DNA of 64,000 nucleotides from an uncultured Actinomycetes bacterium (lineage in GTDB: Bacteria; Actinomycetota; UBA4738; HRBIN12), in assembly GCA_963810945.1 (NCBI GenBank), contig CAWEPI010000014.1, positions 174,308 through 238,307 of the forward strand, in the 5' to 3' direction. The notes beneath the pieces are model-generated. The model was not told where the DNA came from and did not search any database. It worked only from the letters and a program-made list of their open reading frames with translations. Within the stretch, counting starts at the first letter, position 1; every line of letters begins with the position of its first letter. Below, one piece after another: positions 48,316-59,058 of the stretch. Made by a program: the position numbers and the translations under genes.

Positions 48316-48759
48316 ATGGCAGCTAGGCAACCCACAGCGAAGAAGAGTGTCGCGAAGAAGAGTGTCGCGAAGAAGAGTGTCGCGAAGAAGAGTGTCGCGA
48401 AGAAGAGTGTCGCGAAGAAGAGTGTCGCGAAGAAGAGTGTCGCGAAGAAGAGTGTCGCGAAGAAGAGTGTCGCGAAGAAGAGTGTCGCGAAGAAGAGTGT
48501 CGCGAAGAAGAGTGTCGCGAAGAAGAGTGTCGCGAAGAAGAGTGTCGCGAAGAAGTCGACGGCGAAGCCAAGGACCACGCCCAAGCGCGGCGACGTCATC
48601 CTGATCGACTCCGCCCATGTGGGCACCCCGCCGCGCGAGGGCGAGGTCACCAAGATCGTGCGCGGCGAGCTCAGCGTCAGCTACTGGGTCCGGTGGGCCG
48701 ACGGGCACGAGAGCTTCATCACGCCGAAGGCGGAGAGTGTCCAGATCGCACCCAAGTAG
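48316..48759 (+). CDS. DUF1918 domain protein with histone-like (AKKSV)14 N-terminal tail
   Basis: AAGGAGG SD; C-terminal GDVILI..HVGTPPREGEV...YWVRWADGHESFITP matches DUF1918. Confidence 0.85.
   Translation: MAARQPTAKKSVAKKSVAKKSVAKKSVAKKSVAKKSVAKKSVAKKSVAKKSVAKKSVAKKSVAKKSVAKKSVAKKSVAKKSTAKPRTTPKRGDVILIDSAHVGTPPREGEVTKIVRGELSVSYWVRWADGHESFITPKAESVQIAPK
48337..48555 (+). repeat. Perfect coding tandem repeat: 14 copies of GCGAAGAAGAGTGTC plus a 9-bp partial copy
   Basis: Read directly; identical 15-bp units with no spacers. Confidence 0.95.
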
Positions 48760-48791
48760 CGGATACACGTCGAGCGGTCCGAGGCCGAACG

Positions 48792-50315
48792 CTACTGCGG
48801 ATATCCGTACACGTAGATCTCGGAGATCGCGGTGTAGTCGAGTCCTCCCGACGCCGACGTCTTGATGATCTTCACCGTGATGCGCGATGTCGTCGCGCGC
48901 AGACGTACGAACTGGGCGAACGGGAGCGGCTTGAACGTCTGCGGCGTATCCGGGAGCCCCGGGACCTTGTAGACGACCGCGTCGATGATCCGATCCTGGA
49001 GGAACCGGTTCGCGCCCGTCACGGGATCGGTCTTCGCGTAACCGGGGATCAACCCGATGCGGACGACGTCGATGGGGTTGTCGAAGATCAGCGTGACCGT
49101 CACGTCGTGACCGTCGCCGGGCGTCCGCCACGCGGTCTCCACGTTGCCGTCGATCACGTTCGACGGCACGTAGGTGACGGGGTTCCCCGCCGCGTCGGTC
49201 GAGGACGGCGCCGTCTGGCTCGCGGTCACCTGCACCCCATCGCGGATCAGCTGGGGCGGCACCGACGGCGGCGCGCCCGGCCCGGTTCCTCGGTCGCGCA
49301 GGGCGAGTGCGAGCCCCACGAGAGCGGCGACGAGCACCGCTCCGGCGGCCACCCCCTTGATCCATGTCGAGCGCCTGCGCGCACGGGAGGCGGAAGCCCT
49401 GTGCGGCGCCACCGTGGGTGGGACCGTCGCCGGCATCGCGGCCTCACCGGCCAACACCCCCCGGAGGTCCTGCGTCAACGCCCGACACGATGGATAGCGA
49501 TCCTCCGGGTTCTTCTCGAGCGCGCGTGCCACGACCGCGTCCACGCCCGATGGCATCCCGGGTCGGATCGAGCTCGGAGGTGCAGCCTGCTCGTGGAGGT
49601 GGGCGTACAGGATCGCGGCGGGGCTCCGTCCGCCGAACGGCGGCCGGCCCGTGAGGCACTCGTACAGCACGCATCCGAGGGCGTACTGATCGGCTCGTCC
49701 GTCGACGCGCTCCCCTTCGATCTGCTCGGGGGCCACGTAGTTCGCCGTTCCTATCAGCTGTCCCGTCAGCGTGATCGTCGCCGCTGAGGATGCCGTCCAG
49801 GTGCTCACCCCGAAGTCGGTCAGGTAACAGAAGTCGCCGTCGTCCGCGTCGGGCCTGGACGTGACGAGAACGTTCCCCGGCTTCACGTCCCGGTGGACCA
49901 GCCCGCGGGCGTGGGCCGCGTCGAGCGCGTCGCCGACCTGTCCGACGAGCCGTGCGACCCGGTCGAGCTCGAGCTGCCCAGACCTGTGCAGGATCTCCCC
50001 CAGGTCGGGCCCGGGAACCAGACGCATCGCCATGTAGAGGATGCCGTCGGATTCGCCTACGGCGTAGACGGGAAGGATGTTCGGGTGCTCGATCGCGGCG
50101 GCGGCCGTCGCCTCGCGCAGGAAGCGCCCCCGGAAGACCTCATCGCCGGCGAAGGCGGGGGTGATGAGCTTCAGGGCCACCTTGCGCGCGGGCGAGCGCT
50201 CACGTGCGACGTACACCACGCCCATCGCGCCGCGCCCCAGCACCGACTCGATCGCGTAGCCAGCGACCTCCGTCCCCACGATCCCGTCGGCATCCACCCC
50301 CGCATCATCGTCCAA
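48792..50315 (-). CDS. Transmembrane Ser/Thr protein kinase with extracellular discoidin/glycan-binding-like domain
   Basis: LGRGAMG, VALK, HRDVKPGN, TDFG, YVAPE; TM helix; C-terminal YVPSNVIDGNVETAW...ISEIYVYG. Confidence 0.9.
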   Translation of the reverse strand: MDDDAGVDADGIVGTEVAGYAIESVLGRGAMGVVYVARERSPARKVALKLITPAFAGDEVFRGRFLREATAAAAIEHPNILPVYAVGESDGILYMAMRLVPGPDLGEILHRSGQLELDRVARLVGQVGDALDAAHARGLVHRDVKPGNVLVTSRPDADDGDFCYLTDFGVSTWTASSAATITLTGQLIGTANYVAPEQIEGERVDGRADQYALGCVLYECLTGRPPFGGRSPAAILYAHLHEQAAPPSSIRPGMPSGVDAVVARALEKNPEDRYPSCRALTQDLRGVLAGEAAMPATVPPTVAPHRASASRARRRSTWIKGVAAGAVLVAALVGLALALRDRGTGPGAPPSVPPQLIRDGVQVTASQTAPSSTDAAGNPVTYVPSNVIDGNVETAWRTPGDGHDVTVTLIFDNPIDVVRIGLIPGYAKTDPVTGANRFLQDRIIDAVVYKVPGLPDTPQTFKPLPFAQFVRLRATTSRITVKIIKTSASGGLDYTAISEIYVYGYPQ

Positions 50316-50345
50316 CGGACGGGCCGGGTGAGGGACTCCGGGACG

Positions 50346-51002
50346 CTACTCCTCTCGGGACCGTCCCCGGACGATCTCCGCCGTGCTCACGGCGCCGCGC
50401 CGGATCGCCTCGTTGGCCAGGCGCGCGCGGCGCCCCTCCTGCTCGTAGATGCCGAACTTGTCGTACAGCCGCGACAGGTGTTGCTTGACGGCGGCCTCCG
50501 TGACCACGAGGTCGGCCGCGATCTGCCGGGTCGAGGCCGGCTCGCGGAAGACGTCTCCGGAGAACATCGGGCTACAGAGCGCGACCAGCACCTCGCGCTC
50601 CCGCCTGGTGAGGGTCGGCCCCGTCTCCGCCCCGATGGTCTCGTCGCCCCGGGCGGCTTCGTCGCCCAGGCGCGCGACGAACCGGACGCTCCCGACGCGG
50701 ATCTCGTCCCCCGTGCGCAGCGGGAGCTGCCCCCAGATGCGCTCCCCGTTCACGAACGTCCCGTTGCGCGAGGAGAGATCCCGGACGCACCATCGCGAGG
50801 CCACCAGCTCGAGGATGCAGTGCACGCGCGAGACCGTGCGATCGAAGGGCAACGGGACGTCGTTCGTCGGCAACTGTCCGATCGTGACGGGTTCGCCGCG
50901 CAGCGGGATCCGGTCCCGGGTGCTCCCCACCCACATCTCGAGGTGGTCGTCGCCATCGCGCCGTTCGGGGCCGTTCGGATCCGTGGAGGGCATGTCACCC
51001 AT
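50346..51002 (-). CDS. FHA domain - LuxR-type HTH transcriptional regulator
   Basis: TIG...VSRVH...DLSSRNGTFVNG FHA; LTRREREVL...IAADLVVTEAAVKQHLSRLYDKFG HTH. Confidence 0.85.
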   Translation of the reverse strand: MGDMPSTDPNGPERRDGDDHLEMWVGSTRDRIPLRGEPVTIGQLPTNDVPLPFDRTVSRVHCILELVASRWCVRDLSSRNGTFVNGERIWGQLPLRTGDEIRVGSVRFVARLGDEAARGDETIGAETGPTLTRREREVLVALCSPMFSGDVFREPASTRQIAADLVVTEAAVKQHLSRLYDKFGIYEQEGRRARLANEAIRRGAVSTAEIVRGRSREE

Positions 51003-51144
51003 GATGACGGAACCCTATCCCCGCACGACGGAAGCGTCGCCCGCCGGGGATGGGAGCCGCCACGCCGCCCGCGCATGATCGTCTCGTAGGGATCAGGAGG
51101 CGCCCAACCGGGCCACCACCGAGACCCCAGGAGGAGGCGACATC

Positions 51145-51790
51145 ATGAAGAACCGCCAGATCGAACGGCCGACAACCCACCGCACCCGGCGGGGCATCGC
51201 CGCGTTCGTCACCGGAGCGCTCGTGCTGGGTCTGGGTGTCGCGGGGATCCACGCACTGCTCGCCGGCGCATCGCCCACACGGACCGTGTCGGACCCGAGC
51301 GTCGCGGCCGCCCCTGCTCTGCGCGTCGATCCCGTCGGGTGGCCGCGAACCTCCCCACGGCCGGCCCACACGCGGCCCACGCCCACGGTCGAGCCCACGG
51401 TGGACCCGAACGCGCTGGCCGACGGTGTGTACCCGACCTACGTGCGCGCCGTCGACATCGAGGGCGCGACGGTCACCGTCGACGTCCTGCAGACCTTCTT
51501 CGGAGCGGACGCGCACCAGGCGGCGCGTCGAGGACGGCAAGGACTGGAGGGACGTGCGGTACGACCCGGTCTACATCCGCAACGAGAACCCGTTGCTGCG
51601 GACGCTCCCGGTCGCCCCGGACGCCCACATCAAGCTGATCGGCCTCTGCGAGGCCCCCGACCGCACGATCGGCCTCACGCAGCTGCGCGCGGCGACCACG
51701 CCGTTCACCGACACCTTCTACTACGACGTCTCGGTGACCGACGGCGTGATCGACGGGATCCGGCAGCTCGTCGCGATCGCGGGCTGCTGA
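51145..51790 (+). pseudogene. Membrane-anchored hypothetical protein with one frameshift near 51526
   Basis: GGAGGAGG SD, TM helix, Pro/Thr linker; ...FFGADAHQAA continues in another frame as VEDGKDW...YIRNENP...AGC-stop. Confidence 0.6.
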
Positions 51791-51810
51791 GCACGGAGCG
51801 GAGCGCGGAC

Positions 51811-52832
51811 ATGCACGCAGGTATCGGTCGAAGGGGGAACGTGTGGCGATGGGTGGTGGGGGCGAGCGTGACGCTCGCCCTCGCTTCCTGCATGGTCGCC
51901 ACGCCGGGCGCGCCCGGCACGCCGGACGAGGGCGGGCACGCGAGAGGCTCGCTCGTGATCCAGGGAGCCGGCGACGTGAGCCTCGACCCCGCGCAGATCC
52001 CCGCGTTCGGCACGCACGGCTACGGCTGGGCCTGGAGCGGGCTGGGTGGGTTGTTCCACCGCGACGACCTCACCATGGTGAACCTGGAATGTCCGGTGAC
52101 GGACGTGGTAGATCCCGCGCCGAAGGCCTTCCCCTTGCGATGCGATCCCCGTGCCCTCCCGGCGGCCGAACGCGCCGGCGTCGACGTCGTCAGCCAGGCC
52201 AACAACCACGCGTACGACGACGGACCGGCCGGACTGATGGACTCCCTGGGCGCGATCCATGACGCGGACCTCGTGCCGGTCGGCGCCGGCTCCGACCGTG
52301 CGGACGCGCTGCGCGCGGCGGACTTCCAGATCGACGGCTGGAGGATCGCCGTTCTCGGCATCGACGAGGTGCTCGATCCGATCGACGAGGTCGCCGGCCC
52401 GGACAAGCCCGGGACGGCGGCCGGCCACGATTTCGCGCTGGCACTGCAGGCCGTCCGTGACGCGGCGGCATCCGCGGACCTCGTCGTCGTCATGATCCAT
52501 TGGGGGATCGAGCTCGACGCCCGGCCGAGGGCGTTACCAGGTCGAGCAGGCCCACCGGATGATCGACGCCGGCGCCGACGTGATCTTCGGATCGCACCCG
52601 CATCGGCTCCAACCGGTGGAGACCTATCAGGGGTCGGCCCATCTTCTACAGCCTGGGCAACCTGGTCTGGCCGCGCGTGAGCCCCACCTCGTCGACCACA
52701 GCGATCGCCGAGGTCGTCGTCACGCCCGACGGCGCCGTCCGGGGACGCTTGATCCCGGTCGAGATCGTCTCGGACGGCCACCCGGTGCTCGTCCACCCGG
52801 GACGAAGAGCAGCCGAAAGGCGTGCCCGATAG
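51811..52832 (+). pseudogene. CapA / PGA_cap family metallophosphatase lipoprotein with two frameshifts
   Basis: AGDV, VNLEC, ANNHAYD, IHWGIE, then GADVIFGSHPH and IFYSLGNLVW in successive frames. Confidence 0.8.
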
Positions 52833-52841
52833 AGTCGCCAG

Positions 52842-53843
52842 ATGCGGCCCGGAGAGGATGACATCGACGCGATAGCCCGGCGAACGGGGTTCTCCGGTGT
52901 CATCCGCATCGATCGGCCGGGCAGCGTCGACTTCGAGAGCGCGTACGGGCTGGCCGACCGCGGCCACCTGATCGCGAACTCCACGGACACCCAGTTCGGG
53001 ATCGCGAGCGGTGTGAAAGGCATGACCGCGCTCACGGTGATGAGTCTCATCGAGGATGGTTCGCTCGATCTCACGACACCGGCGCGCTCCGTGCTCGGCC
53101 CCGATCTCCCCCTGATCGACGACGACGTGACGCTCGAGCATCTGCTCGCACATCGCTCGGGCATCGGCGACTACCTCGACGAGCACGACGTGGACGTCAC
53201 CGGATACGTGATGCCGATCCCCGTGCACGAGCTCGCCACCACCGAGCAGTTCCTGGCGGTCCTCGACGGCCACGCCACGGTCTTCGCACCGGGGGAGCGG
53301 TTCGCCTACTGCAACGGTGGCTTCGTCGTGCTCGCGCTGATCGCCGAGCGGGTGAGCGGTGGGTCCTTCCACGAACTCGTGCGTCGGCGGGTCTGCGAGC
53401 CGGCCGGCATGGGTGACACCGCGTTCTTCCGGTCCGACGAGCTCCCCGGGCGTGCCGCGCTGGGGTACCTCGCGGCCGAAGGCCTGCGCACGAACGTCCT
53501 CCACCTACCGGTGCGTGGCAACGGGGATGGGGGGATCTACACCACTGCCGCCGACGTCAGCGCGTTCTGGCGCGCGCTCTTCGACGGTCGCATCGTCGAG
53601 AAGGACCGTGTCGCCGAGATGGTTCGCCCGCGCAGCCACGTGCCGGAGGAGGAGAAGCGGTACGGCCTCGGGTTCTGGCTCCATGGGACCAGCGACGTCG
53701 TGATGTTGGAGGGCTACGACGCCGGCGTCTCGTTCCGCAGCATGCATGACCCCGGAACAGAGGCCACCTACACCGTGATCGCGAACTCGTCCGAAGGCGC
53801 GTGGCCGATCGTGGAGCTCCTCGAGGAGCGGCTCGAGTCCTGA
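52842..53843 (+). CDS. Serine hydrolase, beta-lactamase class C-like family
   Basis: IASGVK (SxxK), LLAHRSG, PGERFAYCN, GDGG. Confidence 0.88.
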   Translation: MRPGEDDIDAIARRTGFSGVIRIDRPGSVDFESAYGLADRGHLIANSTDTQFGIASGVKGMTALTVMSLIEDGSLDLTTPARSVLGPDLPLIDDDVTLEHLLAHRSGIGDYLDEHDVDVTGYVMPIPVHELATTEQFLAVLDGHATVFAPGERFAYCNGGFVVLALIAERVSGGSFHELVRRRVCEPAGMGDTAFFRSDELPGRAALGYLAAEGLRTNVLHLPVRGNGDGGIYTTAADVSAFWRALFDGRIVEKDRVAEMVRPRSHVPEEEKRYGLGFWLHGTSDVVMLEGYDAGVSFRSMHDPGTEATYTVIANSSEGAWPIVELLEERLES

Positions 53844-54063
53844 GCTCCAGGATCTCGGGACACCCGCAGTCAGACGTCGCCACGAGCGCATCCCGGACTG
53901 GGGGCCGTAGCGCGTCGGTGGCGCGCCCGAGGCGAGCGAACGAGGGTTCCGGGAAGCCGCGGGAAGCTAGCGAGCACATCGCGGTACGACCGATGGTCAC
54001 ATCGCGACGGAGACGCGTGGATAGACTCCGACCCCGTATCCCCTGCTCGGAGGCGGTGTCGGC

Positions 54064-56491
54064 GTGAAGGATCAGTACCAGGTCGTCGTGATCGGCGGCG
54101 GCATCGTCGGGCTGCAGCGTGCTGTATCACCTGACGCTGCGCGGCATGACGGACGTCGCGCTGATCGAGCGCGAGGAGCTCACCGCGGGGTCCACCTGGC
54201 ACGCGGCCGGCGGGTTCCACGCGATCAACGCCGACACGCGGATCGCGGCGCTGCAGAAGTACACGATCGGCCTCTACCCCCAGGTCGAGGAGGAGTGCGG
54301 CCAGAGCGCCGGGCTCCACATGTCGGGCGGGATGGAGCTCGCAGGCACGCCCGAGCGCTGGCACTGGCTGAAGTCCGAGCTCCAATGGCTGCGCACCCAG
54401 GACACCGACGCCTATCTGCTCACCCCCGACGAGGCGGTCGAGCTCGTGCCGATCATCGATCCGACCGGCCTCTACGGCGCGCTCTTCGATCCGCTCGAGG
54501 GCAACCTCGATCCGAACGGCGCCACGCAGGCGTACGCGGGCGCCGCCCGCAAGCGGGGCGCCGAGGTGATCCAGCGCAACCGCGTCCTCTCGCTCACGCC
54601 CATCGCGGGCGGCGAGTGGCGCGTCGAGACCGAGCAGGGCGACATCACGGCCGAGCACGTCGTGAACGCCGCCGGGCTGTGGGCGCGGCAGGGTCGGCCA
54701 CATGGTCGGCGTCGACCACCCGCTCGTGCCGATGCCGCACCACTACCTCGTGACCGAGGAGGTGCCGCAGGTCGCCGCGATCGACGGGGACATGCCCGCC
54801 GTCACCGACCTCGAGGGCTTCACCTACCTGCAGCAGGAGGGCCGGGGCGTGCTGCTCGGCGTGTACGAGCAGAACCCCCGTCACTGGAAGGTCGAGGGCG
54901 CGGACTGGGACTTCGGCCGGACGCTCTTCCCCGAGGAGCTCGACCGGATCATGCCGGAGCTCTCGATCGGCTTCGGGCGGTTCCCCGTCCTGCAGGACGT
55001 CGGCATCCGCCGCTGGGTGAACGGCGCGTTCACGTTCACGCCGGACGGCAACCCGCTCGTCGGGCCGGTCGACGGCGTCCCGAACTACTGGGCGGCCTGT
55101 GGGTGCATGGCCGGCTTCTCGCAGTGCGCCGGCATCGGCCTCGCGCGTCGCGAACTGGATCGCCGACGGCGACCCGGGCTACGACGTCTTCGGCATGGAC
55201 GTCGCGCGGTTCGGCCCGTACGCGTCGAACGACCGGTACCTGCGCGCGACGACGGCGCAGTTCTACGCACGCCGCTTCGTGATGGCCTACCCGAACGAGG
55301 AGCTCCCGGCGGGGCGTCCGCTCAAGACGACGCCGTGCTACGACGAGCTCAGTGCGGCGGGCGCGCGGTTCACGGTGAACTGGGGACTGGAGGTGCCGCT
55401 CTACTTCGCGCCGAGGCCGGACTTCGAGGAGAACGACACGCTGGGGCGCTCGAACGCCGAGCCCATCGTGGGCGAGGAGGTCGAGGCGGTCCGCACGGCG
55501 GCGGGCGCGTACGAGATCGCGCAATACGCACGCTACGAGGTGCGCGGACCCGGGGCCGAGGCCTGGCTCGACCGGTTGGTGGCGAGCCGCATCCCGCCGG
55601 TCGGGACGATCCGGCTCGCGCCCATGCTGAACGAGGCCGGACGGTTGATGGGCGACCTCACCGTCGCGCGCCTCGACGACGACCGGTTCTGGCTCACCGG
55701 CTCCTACTACCTGCAGGACTGGCACGCGCGTTGGTTCCGCGCGCACCTGCCGCCGAGCGGGGTCACGCTCACGAACATCACCGACGCGTGGATGGGCTTC
55801 TCGGTCTCGGGACCGGCGTCGCGCGCGATCCTCGCCGAGCTCGCGCACGACGACGTCTCGAACGAGGCCTTCGGCTTCCTCGCGCATCCGGCGGATGGAC
55901 GTCGGGACCGCGCAGGCGGTGGTCGGGCGGATCTCGCTCACGGGCGAGCTGGGCTACGAGATCGTCGTGCCCGCCAACCGTCACCGCACGCTGCTGCACG
56001 AGCTGCGCGAGGCCGGCACGCCCGCCGGGCTGCGCCTCATCGGCGACCGCGCGATCGACAGCCTGCGGCTGGAGAAGGGCTACGGCATCTGGTCTGCCGA
56101 GTTCCGGCAGGACTACACGCCCGCGATGAGCGGCCTCGATCGCTTCGTCGCGTTCGACAAGGGCGAGTTCGTCGGCGCCGACGCCGTCCGCCGCGCACGC
56201 GACGAATCACCGGCGCAACGGCTGGTCCTGCTGGAGGTGGATGCCACCGACGCCGATGCCTCCGCGGACGAGGGGATCTGGATCGAGGATCGACGGGTGG
56301 GCTTCGTCACCTCGGGGGCGTACGGGCATCACGTCGGCAAGAGCCTCGCGTTGGCCTACGTCGAGAGCGAGGTCGCCGCGTCGGCGCCCGAGCTCACGGT
56401 GTTCGTGGTGGGCGAGCCGCGCACCGCGCGGATCCTCCCCGAGATCCCCTACGATCCGAAGGGCGCCAGGCTCCGCGACCTCACCGCCTGA
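54064..56491 (+). pseudogene. GcvT family FAD-dependent oxidoreductase (dimethylglycine/sarcosine dehydrogenase-like) with about four frameshifts
   Basis: VIGGGIVG, TAGSTWHAAG, VNAAGLWA, FTPDGNPLVG, RISLTGELGYE, SLRLEKGY, VTSGAYG; frame changes near 54110, 54691, 55147, 55885. Confidence 0.88.
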
Positions 56492-56525
56492 GCGCCGCCC
56501 TCCCGTGGTGAGCGCGCCGACGTCC

Positions 56526-58162
56526 TCAGGCGCCGACGAGGTCGCGGCGGCCGAACGCGAGGACCCCCCCGAGCGCGGCGAGCAGGCCGAGCCCGACCAG
56601 CCATGCCGCGGCCGTCCAGTCCGGGCTGGCCGCGGGCGCCGGCGTGATGTGCAGGAGGGGTGACGTGTCGCGCAGCCACTGGCCCGAGCTGAAGATCGAG
56701 GAGAAGATCTCCACGAGGAACGACCAGACCACGAGCCCGTAGGCCACGCCGATCGCGCCCCGCGGCCACAACCCGTACGCGAGCGCGCCGATGCCGAGCA
56801 CGAACACCGCCGGCGGGGCGACGTTGAGCCCCGCCTGCAGCAGCTCGCCCAGGCCGATGCCCGCGTGCTGGCTCGTCGCCCCGACCCATGCGGCGAGACC
56901 CACGATCACGCTCGCCGCGAGCACGAGGCCCACCCCCACACCGAGGCGGACCCCCAGCCAGCGCCAGCGTGCGACGGGGCGCACGAGCAGGTTGTCGAGA
57001 TGCCCGTCCGCCTCTTCGTTGCGGACGGCAGCGATCTGACCTGCGACCGCGATGGCCACGAGGCCCGCCGCCACCACGAACACGAACCCCAGGTACGAGG
57101 CCGCGCCCGCGCCCGTCCCGCCGAGCCGTTCGATCGCCTTCTCCAGTCCGGGCGATCCCTTCAGCGCGCTCCCCGCGGCTTGGGCGACCAGACCGAAGAC
57201 CAGGCCGGTCGCGGCGATCGCCGCGATCCACCCGACGATCACCGGCCGCGTGAGGCGGAGCGTCAGCCCGGCCTCCCCTCCAAGCAGGAGCGTCCGCGCC
57301 CGCGGTGTGTCGCGGCTGCCGAACGCGCTCGCCCCGAGATCCCGTCGCTTCGCGATCAGGACCGCGGCGACGAGCGCCGATCCGACGAGGGCGACCATCG
57401 GGACGAACCCCACCAGGCGCGATCCCGTCAGGACGCGGATCTCCTCGATCCATCCGAGCGGACTCGCCCACCTGAGCCAGGCCAGGCTCGCGTCGGAATC
57501 GGCCACCATCCTGATCAGGTAGGAGGCCGCGAGGACGCCGGCACCCAAGAGGTTCGCGTCGTGTCGGGTGGCGGAGAGCTCGGAGACGAGCATGCCGATC
57601 GCCATGAACATCGCTGCCGCCGCCGCGATCGCGGAGACGAAGACGAGCGACGCACCGACCCCGATGCCGACCTTCGCGCTCGAGCCCCCGGCAACCGCGA
57701 AGACGGCCATCGGCACCCAGAGGGCGACGACGCCCGCGCCCAACCCGATCGCCGCCTGCACCGCGGCGGCTCCCCGGGTGGTGTGCCCCGACAGGAGCAG
57801 CTCCCATCGACCCGCGTCCTCCTCGCCACGCAGCACGCGGGTCGCGATCACCAGTCCCCAGATCGCCGCGAGGATGATCAGCGTGATCCCGACCTTGTAC
57901 GCCGTGTAGCCGGCCACGGTGTCCATGCGGCGGATGGGGCCGAACACGGCCTCGAACCCCGCGTTGCCCTGCACCGAGAGCGCCAATCTGCGCCCTGCGA
58001 GGCCGCCGTCGGGAACGTGGTGGTGTAGGTCGCCTCGGTCGCGGCGATCATCACGCCGAAGAGCAGCCCCCACAGGGCCCCCTGCTTGGCCGCGCGCCTC
58101 GCGGTCGTGACGGCCACCGCCCGCGAGGCCCGGCGGTCGTCGTAGACCTCCTTACGTCGCAT
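56526..58162 (-). pseudogene. ABC-2 type exporter permease with one frameshift near 57990
   Basis: Duplicated RGEEDAGRWELLLS / RNEEADGHLDNLL motifs, ASPLGW, FGRRDL end; coupled to the ATPase. Confidence 0.8.
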
Positions 58163-59054
58163 CGGGCGGCCCTCCGTCGGCCCCGTAGTGGGACAGGAAG
58201 AGCTCCTCGAGCGAAGGCTCCCGGCTGACGAGGTGCCGGACGCCGGCGGCCACCAACACGCCGAGGAGCGGCTCCACGGAGCCGACGACCTGGCAGCGGA
58301 TCCGGTCGCCGTCGACCTCGACGCCGTCCACGCCCGGGATGCTCGAGAGATCGGGCACGCTCCCGTCGAGCTCGGCCTCGACGGTGAGCGCCGACAGGTG
58401 CCGCATCTCGGCCAGCGTTCCCACCTCCACGAGCCGTCCGGCCCGCAGGATCGCGATCCGGTCGCAGAGGGCCTCGACCTCGCTCATGATGTGCGACGAC
58501 AGGAAGATCGTCTGGCCGCGTTCGCGCGCCTCGGCGGCGCAGTCGCGGAAGGCGCGCTCCATGAGTGGGTCCAGGCCGCTCGTGGGCTCGTCCAGCAGCA
58601 GCAGGTCCGCGCGCGTCATCAGCCCGGCGATCAGGATCAGCTTCTGTCGGTTGCCCTTGGAGTAGGCACGGACCTTCCTGGTCGGATCGAACTCGAACCG
58701 CTCGATGAGCTGGTCGCGATACGCGATGTCGACCCGCCCCGAGACTGAGCCGAGCAGGTGGAGCGTCTCCGTCCCGGTGAGGGAGGGCCACAGGTTCGCC
58801 TCGCCCGGGACGTACGCGACCCGGCGGTGCGCCGCGACCGGATCGGCCTGGCAATCCACGCCGAAGATCTCCGCCCGTCCGGCGGTCGCGCGGATCAGGC
58901 CGAGCAGCAACCGGATCGTCGTCGTCTTCCCGGCGCCGTTCGGCCCCAGGTAGCCGAGCACCTCACCCTCGGGCACCTCGAGGTCCAGCGAGACGAGCGC
59001 CTTCGTCTGGCCGAAGGTCTTCGACAGGGCCTCCGTGCGGATCGCGCTGGCCAT
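58152..59054 (-). CDS. ABC transporter ATP-binding protein (exporter)
   Basis: GPNGAGKTT, YSKGNRQK, LLDEPTSGLD, SSH. Confidence 0.92.
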   Translation of the reverse strand: MASAIRTEALSKTFGQTKALVSLDLEVPEGEVLGYLGPNGAGKTTTIRLLLGLIRATAGRAEIFGVDCQADPVAAHRRVAYVPGEANLWPSLTGTETLHLLGSVSGRVDIAYRDQLIERFEFDPTRKVRAYSKGNRQKLILIAGLMTRADLLLLDEPTSGLDPLMERAFRDCAAEARERGQTIFLSSHIMSEVEALCDRIAILRAGRLVEVGTLAEMRHLSALTVEAELDGSVPDLSSIPGVDGVEVDGDRIRCQVVGSVEPLLGVLVAAGVRHLVSREPSLEELFLSHYGADGGPPDAT

Positions 59055-59058
59055 ATGC

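Noticed and set aside
48337-48555. Possible CRISPR array
   Set aside because: Contiguous 15-bp units without spacers, in frame inside a CDS, and no cas genes. The antisense (FFATL)n, (RDTLL)n and (SSRHS)n ORFs are by-products.
54064-56491. Programmed ribosomal frameshifting in the GcvT-family gene
   Set aside because: Four breaks with no slippery heptamers; sequencing error is simpler.
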